A stretch of DNA of 62,017 bases, the filler included, from Porpidia crustulata (lineage: Eukaryota): NCBI GenBank assembly GCA_964255105.1. It is 5 parts of 5 records of this genome, joined end to end, with 100 filler letters (N's around TTAATTAATTAA, not from the genome) between each part and the next. Parts side by side here need not be neighbours in the genome. Positions count along the whole stretch, not along the records: positions 1 to 12,338 come from CAXUWE010000546.1; positions 12,439 to 24,769 come from CAXUWE010000547.1; 3 more parts are not named here. One strand, written 5' to 3'. Positions 9,703-23,000 of the stretch are shown piece by piece; position 1 is the first letter of the stretch; each line of letters starts with the position of its first letter. Both the position numbers and the translations under genes were made by a program. The notes beneath the pieces were generated by a model. It had not been told where the DNA came from and searched no databases. It was given only the letters and a program-made list of their open reading frames with translations.

Positions 9703-12338
9703 ATGGCACTCAATGCTGCGTCTCACAATTCGGGTAACCATCATCCAATGATCAGGCACAGGAAGCAGATGCTGATGCTCCATTTTTTTCAGCCGGTATA
9801 AAGACTGGTCCAGTAACCGGGCAGCCACCTGCTCCGTCCACCGAAACTTCTGCGGCACTTCTAGAAGCTGCGAAGGATGACCCGATGGGCCAGCATCAAG
9901 GTGGTCAAGATGGAGGGGACAAAGACACTGAGACGAGAGTGAAAAGCGAGAAAGAGCGTATGAATCCTAGCTAGCTAGACTACATGTACTGCTAGATATA
10001 ACAATCAAAACACTTATCTGACTGTCTTCGTAGTCGAGCGAGAACGTAAGAAAGCAGATAAAGCGAAAAAGTTTGCGGAAAAGAAGGCCAAGACTACGGA
10101 TACAGCAGCCGTACAGACTACATCTAAAACAAAAGAGAAGAAGGCCAAGCAGGATGCAACAAAAGAAGAGTCTTTACCCCAATACGTCGAGGAAACTCCA
10201 CCAGGTGAAAAAAAAAGTACATGTGCAAATTCAAGCCATCGAGAGCCCTTCTAATTTACTCCAGTCCTCAAACCCCTCGATGATCAATTCCACAAAGCCT
10301 ATATTCCCAAAGTAGTTGAATCTGGGTGGTACTCATGGTGGGAGAAGGAAGGTTTTTTTGAGCCTGAATTTGGGCCAGACGGTAAGGTAAAGAAGGAAGG
10401 CTATTTCTCCATTCCAGAGCCACCGCCGAATGTAACAGGTGCTTTACACATGGGTCACGCTTTGCCCAATGCGCTCCAAGATTGTCTAATACGATGGAAT
10501 CGTATGCGAGGTTTGACGACGTTGTGGCTTCCTGGCTGTGATCACGCGGGTATCTCCACGCAGAGTGTGGTGGAGAAAATGCTATGGAGACGGCAGAAGC
10601 AAACAAGATACGATCTTGGGCGGCCAAAGTTCATCGAAACAGTCATGGACTGGAAAGAAGAATACCATGAGAAGATCAATACCGTACTAAAACGAATGGG
10701 TGGTTCCTTTGACTGGACAAGAGAAGCATTTACTATGGATAAAAACCTCTCAGCTGCGGTGACAGAAACCTTCGTACAACTCCACGAGGAGGGAATAATT
10801 TACAGGGCAAATCGTCTTGTCAATTGGTGCGTTCAACTTAACACAGCTCTCTCCAATCTTGAGGTGGACAACAAGGAGCTAGAGGGTCGGACTTTACTCG
10901 ATGTCCCTGGGTACGAAAGAAAGGTAGAATTTGGAGTTATCACGCATTTCCAATACGAGATTGAGGGGAGTGACGAGCGGATTGAGGTTGCCACGACCCG
11001 GCCAGAAACTATGCTAGGAGACAGTGGAATTGCCGTACATCCCAAGGATGAGCGATATGAACACCTCATCGGCAAGAAAGCTCGCCACCCCTTCGTCAAT
11101 AGACTGATGCCAATTTTTGCTGATGACTACGTGGATCCCGAATTTGGTACTGGAGCAGTAAAAATAACCCCGGCACATGATCCGAACGATTTTGCGATCG
11201 GTCAAAGACAAAAACTGGAGTTTATTAACATCCTCAATGACGATGGGACGATGAATCATAATACGGGAGACTTTGAGGGTATCAAGCGGTTCGATGCGAG
11301 GTACAAAGTGATCGAAGACCTGAAATCAAAGGGGCTCTACGTCAAGTGGGAAAATAATCCAATGAAAGTCCCGCTATGTGCAAAGTCGAAAGATGTTATT
11401 GAGCCCCTTATGAAGCCACAATGGTGGATGAGGATGCGAGATCTTGCAGACGCTGCCATCAAAGCTGTTAAGGGCGGAGAAATAGTAATTCGGCCAGATA
11501 ATGCGGAGAGGAGCTACTTTCGATGGTTAGAAGGCATCAATGATTGGTGTCTGTCAAGACAGCTTTGGTGGGGTCATCAGGCGCCAGCTTATTTTATGCA
11601 AATCGAGGGGAAGAAGGGAGATGACAGTGATGGCGAGCAATGGGTGACTGGGAGAACGCTGGAGGAAGCGGAAAAAAAGGCCAAGGCCAAGTTCCCTGGT
11701 AAAAACATCACGCTGAAAAGAGATGAAGACGTACTTGATACGTGGTTCTCTTCTGGGCTTTGGCCGTTCTCGACTCTTGGATGGCCTAAAAAGACCCATG
11801 ATATGGAGACGCTGTACCCGACATCTGTACTAGAAACGGGGTGGGATATCCTATTCTTCTGGGTCGCTAGAATGGTCATGCTTGGTATCAAGATGACGGG
11901 GCAAGTTCCGTTTCGAGAAGTGTATTGCCATTCGCTGGTACGAGACTCGGAAGGAAGGAAGATGTCGAAATCGTTGGGCAACGTCATTGATCCCCTTGAT
12001 GTTATGGAGGGCATTGAGCTCCAAGCCCTGCACGACAAGCTCAAGGTGGGTAACCTTGACCCGAAGGAGCTCACAACGGCCACGAAGTTTCAGAAAGCCT
12101 CCTTTCCAGACGGTATTCCGGAATGTGGCGCTGACGCTCTTCGGTTCTCGTTGGTGTCCTACACCACTGGGGGTAAGTCTGTCCTCCCATACTCGAACCT
12201 GTTCAAACTAATATGCACATCATCCAGGTGGCGACATCAACTTCGACATCAAAGTTATGCACGGCTACCGCCGTTTCTGTAACAAAATCTACCAAGCGAC
12301 CAAATACGTCCTCGGCAAACTCCCCCCCTCCTTTACCC
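9703..12338 (+). CDS. VAS1: Valyl-tRNA synthetase, 3' truncated by the contig end
   Basis: ATG at 9703 and short 5' exons. Motifs [13 protein letters not shown] (HIGH), [25 protein letters not shown] and KMSKS. The anticodon-binding domain is cut at the N gap. Confidence 0.97.
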
Positions 12339-12438
12339 NNNNNNNNNNNNNNNNNNNNNNNNNNNNNNNNNNNNNNNNNNNNTTAATTAATTAANNNNNN
12401 NNNNNNNNNNNNNNNNNNNNNNNNNNNNNNNNNNNNNN
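12339..12438. other. Artificial contig linker N44-TTAATTAATTAA-N44
   Basis: Exactly 100 bp, with a core giving stops in all six frames. Genes on both sides are truncated. Confidence 0.98.
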
Positions 12439-15218
12439 GCATCAGCGGGTCGCTGTCGGCGTCGGGCATCGGGATCTGGGTGTACGGTTTCCTGACCGTG
12501 TCGAGCTGCTCAGAATTCGACTTGGAGTCCGGGGAGGAGCGGTCGAGGCTTGCCGGTGGGGAGGTGGCGGAAAAGGACGGGGTGGTGGGAGCTGAAGGCC
12601 TAGGATAACTTTTCGGGGTATGATTGTGGGCGTGTGACGGTTTGTTTAGGGAATCGACGGAGGCTTGACCAAACGATTTGCGGGGGGAGATGCTGCGCGG
12701 GGTGAGGCGAACGTTGTCGAGGCTGTTGTTGTTGTTTGTGATCGACTGGCGCCAGCTAAGGATGCGATCGGAGCTTGGCTGATTGGAATGCAGGGAGTCC
12801 CTTCTTGAGCCCTTGCTATTGCGCGTGGCAGTGGAGTTGGTCCGGCCGAGCATTTTCTTCGAAAAGCCTGGGTCGGTGCGGAAGCGTTTCTGGTGTGCGC
12901 AGTCCTGGCGGAAAACCTTGATGTGGCCCACGTAATCTGCGGTAACGATGATGTTGCCGTTCGGGTGCGCACAGCGGGCGATGTATGCGGGTGTTTCTTC
13001 TGGTTTGGACGAGGGAAAGTCGAAGTTGGGGGTTGCGGGAGTCGCCAGCGGACCGCCTAGGTCTGGGGTTTGAGCGCTCTCGGTTGGGGGCTGGGAGGAG
13101 GCATGGGATTGCGTGCGGCTGATAAGGGTCACTGGGGGAGGGTTACAGAGATCGTAGAGGGGATCTCCGGATGCGCTGAGTAGCTGCCTGGTTTTCATTG
13201 GGGCCATTATGGCCGTAGTGACAATGGCGGAGTGAGCTTCAAACATCTCGACGGGTCTCTTATCCTTGTCTGTTTCCGGGGGACCTGTGGACCAGATGTA
13301 TGCTTTTCGATCTTCGCTGCCACAAATTACATATCGAGCATCATCGCTAAACGATGCATGTATCTGACTACACGCGTTTTCGTTGCCCTTGAGTTTGATC
13401 TCCAGCCCTTTGTCTCTGAGATTGTAAACACGTACGCGCGAGTCATTACTGGTGATCAAAAGCTTGACTTCACCATTCAGATCATTCGGTGGATAATTGA
13501 TTGCTTGTATGCCAGTGACTTTGCTGCCCTTGGCGTTCTTGCCGTGGGCAGATCGGACGTGGATTTGCGTTTGATACTTGAGTCCCTCGGTCTCGTAGAA
13601 CAGACAAAGACCGTTGAGACAGCCCGCAATTGCGGTTTTGCCATCGGGAGAAAAAGCAACAGCAGTTATTAGATCAGGGAGCTGGTTCCAGAATGCCACG
13701 CTTTTATCCGGTATACTCCAGAGGCGAAGTTTGGAATCGAGAGACCCTGCAAGAAAGAACCGATCATCACGTGGATGGAATTGAATAGAAGTGACGAAAT
13801 CACTGTGCTTAAAACAGCAAAGACATTCTGCGCGGGAAACATGCCAGAGGCGCACAGTTTTGTCCATTGAGGACGACAGAAGAAAATTGTTCTAGGCCTG
13901 TTAGCTCGGTCTTGCCAGTACCGAGGAGACACCATTTACCTTACTCCAACTTAGGTCCAAAATATTTGCCGTGTGGCCTCCATACTCTTGTACGGTCTTT
14001 GTTTGGAAAACTGGAGCGTTCAAACGCACACTTTCCCCCTCCCTCCCAGCAGCATCTTCCTCCGTCTCGTGGGCACGGCGATCTTCTGCGGTAGATATAG
14101 CTTGCCAGACTCGGACCGCATAATCTTGGCCGCCAGCTGCAAGGTATTTTCCGTCCTTTGAAAACTCCATGGCCCAGACTGCATTGCCTTCCTTTTTGGG
14201 ATCTGCAGCCTTTAGCGCCGCTCCATTCTTGACCAACCTCCCTCCAGCTTGAGCAATCTCCAATCCGGTTCTTCCTCTAAGTTCCTGCGCCAGGAACACC
14301 CGATTGAAGTCTTTCTCTCTCTTGCCGTGCGAGCGAACCTTGATGTACTTTGGTGGTGCAGGATATCGAGGTGTAAACCCTATTGGCTGCGAAAAGACAT
14401 GTGCGTCTGTACCTTCCGTCCTTTTGTCGCCGACTTCGGAGTCGTCGTCATTTACATCAGTAGGCATGTCTTTCTTCTTTGATCCAATTATGCGGCTCAG
14501 GAACCAGGATCCTTTGCTGCGCCAACAATATCTGTCAGCTACAATGCCCAAATACCACATCCATAAGCCCCAGATTGGCTGCTCAAGCTAACGCATACGC
14601 ACTTCCTAAGCCAAGCACGACTTGTGGTTGCTTACCGTTTGTCTCTCGGACCAGAACCAGCGGTTTCTGCGCGTACATTTTGCTCCGTCGATCCCCTTGT
14701 TCCTGACGTTGCAATTTCGGATGTTGCGGATTCTCCGTCAGACAACACCCCGTTCCGTATTTTTTGCGCAATCATGCTCTGTGTGTGTGTGCGCGTGAGA
14801 ATATGCTTTGTAGAAGTTAGATCAGCAATTGCGTGTGGCACCGTTGGTTGACGCAGGCGAAACGAACATGCGACAAAGGATCAATGGGCGGGTCCTTCCC
14901 TCCCTCTGCATTTTGCCCGGTGGTCTCTACATGGTTACTCGAAAGGTTCCGCATAAGCTTCCCGGAGTAAATCTTGCTGTTTGTTGACACTCGAGCTGGG
15001 AATGATCATCATCAGTTCCGGCGCATCATGCACTGGTCAGTCATGCTATTGACTGTATCAAATATCCTACCTTCAAAACCCCCAGACCTAGGTCTACCAT
15101 CCTTCACCGCGTTCACACTGTCTTTAGTCGGCGACGACGCTGGCGAATCTGGGCATGTCCCATCTCGTGACCGTGGTTCTATAGGGCTGATCTTGATGGA
15201 AGGAAGAATGTCGGCCAT
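12439..15218 (-). CDS. WD40-repeat protein, WDR44 / yeast Ymr102c-Dgr2-like, 3' truncated
   Basis: Probable ATG at 15218 (MADILPSIKISP). Motifs PPKYIKVRSHGKREKDFNRVFLAQEL, AVWAMEFSKDGKYLAAGGQD, ILDLSWSK/NNFLLSSSMDKTVRLWH and FHPRDDRFFLAGSLDSKLRLWSIPDK. Three introns. Confidence 0.9.
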
Positions 15219-18018
15219 TGGATGGCATAGCCCATGAATGAAAGACACGTATCACCCACAGCCTGCTACCCATTAACTCGTAGCTCTACATATGAGAAGC
15301 AACTTTGACGTTGGTTGATCCTTCTGCCGAGCCTGTAATAGCAAGCCGTTGCCAAGTGGAGAATTCCTGTCGGAAGGTTAATGGTTGTTAATCATAATTC
15401 CCATAATTAATATCAAACTACGTAGAATGCCGTACGAGTTGTCTTTACAGACTACGACCTAAAAAAGCTAGCGTTATAGGGCATTTGCAGCGACGGCCTT
15501 TTTGCAATCACCTGACTCCATATGATACAAATGGAACGCCAGAGTAACAATCAGCTCATTCCCAATTTCTGTTTGCCGATGCCTTGTTTAAAAATGCTAT
15601 CCGATTCCATGCGCCTTCCACTATTAACAGCCGGCTCACATGTGGACATTCTGACAGGCGAGAGTAAGCAATGCAGATTTTCCCAGTCACGTGTGTGTAG
15701 TACTCGTACAGTAGACCCATACTGGTGTGTCTGCATCCCGTCTATCAGAGTTCCGATGCAAGTCATCGCGCAATGACGCCGGATCGATGAGGATCAATTG
15801 AACATGGAGTTCTGACATCCCGGTCGGCCTTTGAGACGCAATCATTTTGCTGTGCAGCAGCTTGCCAACAGACTGCCCGGCGACATCTCGACGAGGCTTT
15901 CTCGCCCTCGAGCTGGATAGCTCAACAACGGAGCCTGCAGCAATTGTGGAATGAGTCTAAACATGCTTTTTAGATTCCCCTCCTAAGTCACTCATTGCAG
16001 TCACTAAGAACAAAGTCCAGTGTAGCTGTAGGCCGAGACTATTGCACTGACGCACTATGAGTCGTCGAATTAGGGTTTCAAGAGTGTAACCGTCGTATCT
16101 ATGTAGGTAGATAAACCCACCGAGGCATGGAATGGCCGGCAATCGACGTACTGAACAATCGACTCCGCAACCACAAACACTGTCTTTTGGTGTTACCTTA
16201 GGCTATGGCCGTTGCAGATCTCCAGCCATTAGCTCTATTGACACCTTCAAGGCTAATTCTCACAATAAGGCGAACATTGAACTTGCACACTGGGCACGGA
16301 TCGATATCTGTGATCTCTGATGCGTATGTAGAGGCTGGATCTGGAGTGACCAGGCAACAAGGCAATTGGAGCGAATGAACTTGATTCGAGGGCATGGTGA
16401 GAATCAGGCAAGTCTTTCCAGGCAATGATGCAGCAGATCTATGATGCTTACCTTACCTATGCCTCTGTGCAGACAATCAACTTGAGACGGCGCACTAACA
16501 AGGGAGTGAGTCGCGTTGAATTCTAACTTGTCGGTTTTTATGCAGACCCTGGCATTAATAGCGGTTTGAGTTGCTGCAATATGTACTCTTTCAGACTATC
16601 GATAGTAGCTGGTACGAGCCACTACGGTAGCTAGATAGTACCGCTTGATTTGACCTGCATGGAATTAAGTCCGGGGAAGAGCGATGGAGTTATGGAAAAC
16701 ACCTCCGCATAGTTGTACAAGATAGTCTGACAGACGGTCGATCCTTTCCATATGCCTTGCTTCTGATGCAATGTTGGCCGGTTCGCGTCCAGGAACTTGG
16801 AAGCGAGCCCATAGTGTCCGGCAGTCAGGAGCTATTCCTTGCCTCATAGTGATCGAGTGCATCATCATTGGGTAAATTAATTTATCCCTTCTATCGCGAT
16901 TGGCGTGTTTATACCAGAATCAGAGATGGAGGTGAACAACAGGTTGTCGCATCTTGGGTGGCGGTGGAAGAGGCACAGCTTACTCTAAATTCTCAGCTTC
17001 CAGGCATCATCCTCAGCAACGAAAAAGTAGATATTACCGAATGCCGAACGAGCGAGTACATCTGCACAACTGTACAAGGTACAACAGACGGATGAATTGT
17101 GGCAGATCGTCGACTGTGAGAAAGCTACTGGCCCTGTGCAAGCCACCAATATGAACAATGTCCACATGCAGACTGCAGCGGCTTCTGATCGCTACCAACA
17201 AGTCATCTGCAGCTAAAGAGGCTTGAGGTTGACGAGGTCACCTCTTTCCTCCGAAAAGGCTGTGATGATCACGTTGGTTTGTACTAAGCACGCTCGGTCG
17301 ATAAATGGCGGGATCATAGTTCCCTCGAGGAATACTGAATACTCCAAATCTGACCAATCATCGTGCTTGAAACACCTTAACCATACACTTTCGTATCAGC
17401 TTCCGAGTCGAAGCCTCGAAGGATATATGCTTTGTCCAATTTTAGCTGCAGCAAGAACACTCGGATTTCAACTGCCATGCTCTGCTTGGCACGGGAACTC
17501 CTGAAACTTGGCCAGCAGTCTAAATGCAGTACTGCCTCGACAACGAGACAGTCAGCATTATCGTATTCTAGACCTTGAATCATCGAATTTAATCATCTCC
17601 ATCACCTTAAGACCCTGCTACCACTCACCTACTGCCCCAGGACCTTCCAATTTCTGTCCTGTTCGACCACCCAGAGTACTCTAGCGCAGTAACGATTGTG
17701 ACTTCAGTTCCGTCTTAAGTCTTACTTTTCAGGGAAGCGGAGAAGGACGCCACGCCCAAGATCGATATTGCTGACCACAATACTACCATTCGCTCCCTGC
17801 AGAATTGTACTGGGTTCTCCGCATTACCCAACGCCTTGGAACAACGCCATCTTTTAGGACCTTTCCATCTCACTTCAGCATGGACTATCAGGTGACACGC
17901 AATGCATTCATATTCGGCACGCGATCCCATCTCAATCATCCAAAACGATCGTTTGCCGTTATACGACAGACTCTACAGTCTCACAAAATCTCCGTGACCC
18001 CTTCCCAAGACTCATGAA

Positions 18019-18837
18019 ATGCTTGTGGATTGGCAATGCTTCACCCCAGACACTTATCACCAACTACTGATCACGTCTTCCCCCACCAAGCCGTCCATAC
18101 ATGAAAAGAAACTCCACTTGCCGTTATTTAGTAAATCCGAATCTGTCCCAACGCTACTTCTCAAGCGATCAAGGCTACGAACTGATGTAGAAGGAGAAGG
18201 ATCAGGGAAAATGCAAAGGAAGAAAAGGCGATTGAGACTCAATCTGATAACGTCGCGGCTCAGCAAACCATATGCAACTCCTCCAACCCATATTAATGCT
18301 CGAAGTACTGGAAGGGTCGGCGCATGGGCACGCCAGAGGATTCTAGGTCGTGACCTTCTCCGAAAAGCCGCAATACTCAATTCCATTAGGATCAAGAAAA
18401 TTGCGGCAAGGAAAGCTGAAGAGTACTTAGAAGCCGCCACTTCAAGCTCGTTGTACAATAACATTAGCCAACCCAAATACAACAATCTGACTGATTGCAG
18501 CACGCTTCACCAAGTATCAAGATTGCCTGGCTTCTCCGCTCAACAATTCATCCCGCCCCCGCCGTCACCCCTAGGACTCTCGAATTACGACGCTTTCGAT
18601 CTCGAGGATGACCCTTCGGACGAAGAAGATGAGTTCACCGGAAGCGACAATATATACGCTGACTTTAGCGTCCTGGACCCGGCGAGTTCAGACGTTGAAG
18701 ATTACGACTCTCTTCGCCCATTCGATGATGACGGAAACGAGGGTGAATCTGTGACGGAGCTCGGCGAAGAAGTGATGGGTCTCATCATCGAGAACGAGAA
18801 ACAGAACGAGGTTGAAGTTGCTTTTCTTGGTTCATGA
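18019..18837 (+). CDS. Hypothetical fungal protein with basic N-half and acidic C-half
   Basis: 272-aa ORF with KKRRLRLNLITSRLSKPYATPPTHI and PPSPLGLSNYDAFDLED segments and an acidic tail. Start codon uncertain. Confidence 0.7.
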   Translation: MLVDWQCFTPDTYHQLLITSSPTKPSIHEKKLHLPLFSKSESVPTLLLKRSRLRTDVEGEGSGKMQRKKRRLRLNLITSRLSKPYATPPTHINARSTGRVGAWARQRILGRDLLRKAAILNSIRIKKIAARKAEEYLEAATSSSLYNNISQPKYNNLTDCSTLHQVSRLPGFSAQQFIPPPPSPLGLSNYDAFDLEDDPSDEEDEFTGSDNIYADFSVLDPASSDVEDYDSLRPFDDDGNEGESVTELGEEVMGLIIENEKQNEVEVAFLGS

Positions 18838-18877
18838 GAAATACTGTACTGCAACAATGCTTGACGTAATACTAACA

Positions 18878-19534
18878 CTACGCACTCAATTTCCGGGCAC
18901 GATCGGCAGCAATTTCGCACATGGCCTATGATACCCACGACATGAGTATTCTCAATTTCATTCTCGGCTTATCGAAGATAGCGACGAACCTTGATTGCGT
19001 CTGTCCTCTCAAGATCAGCATCTCCTCGACTGATGCGGGACCTTATATCTTGCGCTATGGAAGATCGATCTCTGCCGCTAACAAAGGTACTGTTTTCCCT
19101 TATCAGACCTATACCATTGTCCTGTACTGCCTTTTTACTCACACGTATCGCAGACCTGGAAAGGTGTCTTCATACAGCTTGTTTAGATCTGCCAGATTCT
19201 TCTTATCGCTCTCATCGCCTGATTTGAGATGCGCTTGCTCCCCTTGACTCTGGGCGCTGTCGATCTTGGTTTCACCCAGTCTTGGATGAGCTTCAAGTAT
19301 GCTATTGACCCACTGTGTGTCGCTGGTGGATGACGACTCAGCCAAATCCAATAGTTGGACGCCGACACTCGATATCAAGTCATCGTACGATGAAAATGCT
19401 TGTTGCTGAAGGAGGCCGACGGAGAGCGTGTGGAGCGGCATACTTGGCTCAAAAAGATGATCAAGGATTGTGGCACGCTCTGCATATGAGATGGTGGGTA
19501 CAACTGAGATGAAGGGCAGCTTATAGGAAGTCAT
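18878..19534 (-). CDS. OHCU decarboxylase (urate degradation)
   Basis: LDHLFEPS, ILEAHPRLG, SQGEQA, LNKLYEDTFPGLRY. Two further exons (TFVSGRDR... and AMCEIAADRARKLSA*) end at TAG 18880-18878. Confidence 0.92.
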
Positions 19535-20080
19535 GACTTTTGTAACAGTAACCTCAAGTCAGGCAATATTACACGGCTGAGTTTTGGGAATCACCAATAG
19601 ATGATTTAGAACAAGAGAATGAATATATTTGTCGTCTTGTGTATTTATTGAAGATATATAATGCCGTGCTACCATAGAATACGACAAAAAATTCAATGTG
19701 ATAGATAACAGGAGAAGCAAAGGCAGTTGTGTCGAAGGGAAAGGTAGTGAGGGGGCGGCGGAATCTCATGCAGGAACGGGATCATTGGACTAGAGTAGTT
19801 TAGGTCGATAGCCCGCAAAAACGTAGGATAAGGACACCGGCCTGAATCTTTCTTCCTATCTCAACAACTCCATATCAGCAGAGAGAAGGAAGATATCACT
19901 GAAGGCTATTCGTGTTGACAACAGCGATGGTGAGATCTGCTCCGGGTGTTGTGTTGCAGACCCAATCCATCACCCGCAATTTGTACCCCTGATTTTGAAT
20001 ACAGCGCCAAATCGGCGGCCTCCCGTTCAGGACGCACAAGCCAGGCTGAATTAGTTGGAGGATCTTTCCGAAGACGAAAC

Positions 20081-23000
20081 ATGTCGCTTGATGGTCTGGA
20101 TGCCAGGGAAGTCAATGAAGCATATATATCTGCGCTTGGAGAAGGAGGAGGATGGTGCGTTTCTCGCCTTGGCATGTCGGAATTCAACTGACGGAATGTC
20201 GCTTAGGTTCCTCCTCAAGTACCAAGGACGAGCTGAGGTGGGTCTACTAGGAAAGGGAAATGGAGGCCTTGTCGAGATCAAGGAAGCCGTGGATCGGTAC
20301 GACGAAACTTCACCATTATATGGGTTCGTGCAATATCGGAGGAGGAAAGTGATCATGAAATATGTACCAGAAGGAACTTCACGACTGCTGCTGGGTAAGA
20401 TCACTACATTTGAGATAAGCAAACACGAAGTAATGCTTTTGCAGCACGGATGTCAATTCACTTCCAAGCCGTCGCTGAAAAGCTTTCGCCCCATGATACC
20501 ATCTTTTCGTTTACCTCCTCAGCCGAACTGAACGACAATGCATTCTCTGCAAGTTGCTCACTACATACAGCTTCAGCCTCAATCAAATCCTCAGATGACT
20601 CACTTCGGCAGCGAGGACTAGCAGAGATTACGGAAGACGCACATGAAAACGCAGCCATTACCAATAATGATGAGTGGAAGAAGCTCGCGAACGATCCGAA
20701 ACCGCTCCATAGCCCTACAAAATGCGTCGAGCAGTCGGGCTATCTGAACAGTGATCAGGAAGTTTATAGACCCAATTCCAACAAGGATAGCGCGTCACCC
20801 GCGCCATCATCGCGAACTGCGCGAAATACCTCACGTGTGGATAAAGCACTACCACCAACACCCGCTGAGCTAAGCCAGGAAATACAAACACCCAAGGCTG
20901 CTGTCACTCATGACGCACTTGAATTAAGATTTAGTCTTGATGAGCGGCCTTCCTCCCAATCATTACGTCCTACAACAAGGGACTTGAATAGTACATACGG
21001 TTATAAACCTAAAACGAAACTGGGCCCGCGTCCCTCAGCTGGTATGCATGGTCCACAAGCTGTTAAGGATTCGTCTTCAAAAGCCACAGATACTAGACCG
21101 ATTTCGACGTTGCCCGCTGGCCTTCATATGCCGGCGCGGAAAGCAGTGTCAACGAGGCCGAAGTCTCAGCAAAGCCAAATCGAGAGTCGCAGCATCATGG
21201 ACCCTTCAGCATCCGCTGCACCACCCGTACCCTTCTTGCTGTCCCATAGTCCCGCTTCCAATGCTCAACCTGTCAAAACTCCTCGACGGCCGACTTCGGG
21301 GATAAAGGTTGACGTGGGCGTACCCGTGCAAAATCCATCGTTGAAGTCGCCCACAATGACTCCTGAAAAACGGAGGTTGATGAAAGCGTTACAACTTCGA
21401 CAGAAACAGATGGCTGCTCGAAGCCTACAGGAGACCTACGAACTCGAACGCACCGCCGCTGATTCCAATAATCGATTGCCTTTCAAAGCTGCAGATGAGG
21501 AGTCTGTCTCGAAACCATCGTTCGACGTTTTCAGCGTTGACGAAGACTCTAACATCATCCATGTTGGAACAGAACTTTTCGATCCGGAGAACACCATCAA
21601 CTCCGAGGCTTCTCCAATTTCTATCATAGAACCTTCTGATGGGCCTTCCACTCAAGCTTCGTCAGTGTCTGATGAGGAAGAAGCATCAGCAGAGCGAGAG
21701 AAAGCTGTTCCAACAAAAGATAGTGTAGAAGAGCAAGTAGATTGCGGGCAATTGCCCGCTGCTCCCCAAGATGTTACAATGCAATCACACAAGGTGATGC
21801 CCACCTCTCAGGCTCCGTCGACGCTGGTCGGTGTTGAAACTCCTATCAAAGAAAAGCGAAGCGCAAGAGTGATACCACAGTCGGAAAGCTCACTTGACCA
21901 GACTCCCTATATAGAAGAACAGGATCCACTTCACAACCAATTTGAGCCTATCCTGGGCAGTGGGCCTGCAGCAGAGCCCCTCCCCAAAAGATATTCTTCA
22001 CTACCTAAAGGCATAAGTGATAGCCTCTCGCCGCCAGAAGCGTCGTTACCGGCTATCAGCGAAGACGGAGGCCCCATTTTCAGTACATTGGGTCTCTCAT
22101 ACGGGGAGGCGCATGCTCTACTACCGTTCCTACAGCAGGATACAACATCTCAGGTGGCACACCCACGAATCATTGGTCATCCTAGGGAAGAAGAAGAGAG
22201 TTGGAACAACACGAGACCTTCTACTGCTGATACTATGCCGGAAACTCGATATCGCCGGCACGGTCCAGCTCGTAGCGTCAAAAGAGTGTCGGAAGCCTCG
22301 GACGACAATTTCCTCTCAGATGATTCTTTCATGGAAGAACTAAAATATGCCGTAGTCCAGGAAGCTAAACCCATCTCTGTATCGAAATCGCCCATCACAT
22401 CCGTTTTCCCGAGAACCGGCAGTGACCAAGGTAGCGAGCAAGGAAGGACCGCTCGAAGTGTATCCAATCCCCTGTATGGCGCTAGTAGAGAAGACCTCTT
22501 GAGCCCGAACCAGCTATCAGCATCCTCTCCTCGATCCTTTTCCATCTCTAACTCTCAAAATTTTAAAGCGAAGCCGGCTCAAGTACTGTTACCGACTAAG
22601 GTAGGCGTCTCTTCCGGGATTTCGCAGCGCATCAAAGCTTTAGAGAAGCTGTCCAGCCGGCCACCCAGTCCATCAGGTGCCCAGCTCCCGTCTCCTGTAA
22701 TAAGTCCCCCGTCCGTCAGTCTTCGAAAGTCCTCTCTCCGGACCACCCCAGCTCCACCAGATCCTGCAACATGGAATGGCAACAAAAGTCGACGATCAGT
22801 ACCCTATCCTTCTCCATCACCGTCGCTAGAAGTAGACAGTCGCAGGCAACTAGATACTCCGATTCAATTAGAAGCTTCTAAAAGACTTGGTAAATCACGC
22901 CCTGAATCCATATCCGTTACTGCTAGAATAATCCGCGGAGGTGGAAATCAGATTCCCGAAGTACCGCTCAATCCATCGGAACCATGCGCCATAGATCTAT

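Noticed and set aside
12383..12394. TTAATTAATTAA recurring four times at about 12.4-kb spacing as a biological repeat
   Set aside because: It is always centred in N runs and is a synthetic six-frame-stop linker.
15250..18000. 2.7-kb stretch with many short ORFs, possible transposon or ncRNA
   Set aside because: No transposase or RT motifs, terminal repeats or RNA-gene signatures were visible; treated as intergenic.
18878..18900. Peroxisomal PTS1 on OHCU decarboxylase (ARKL)
   Set aside because: The protein ends RKLSA*, so the motif is not terminal.
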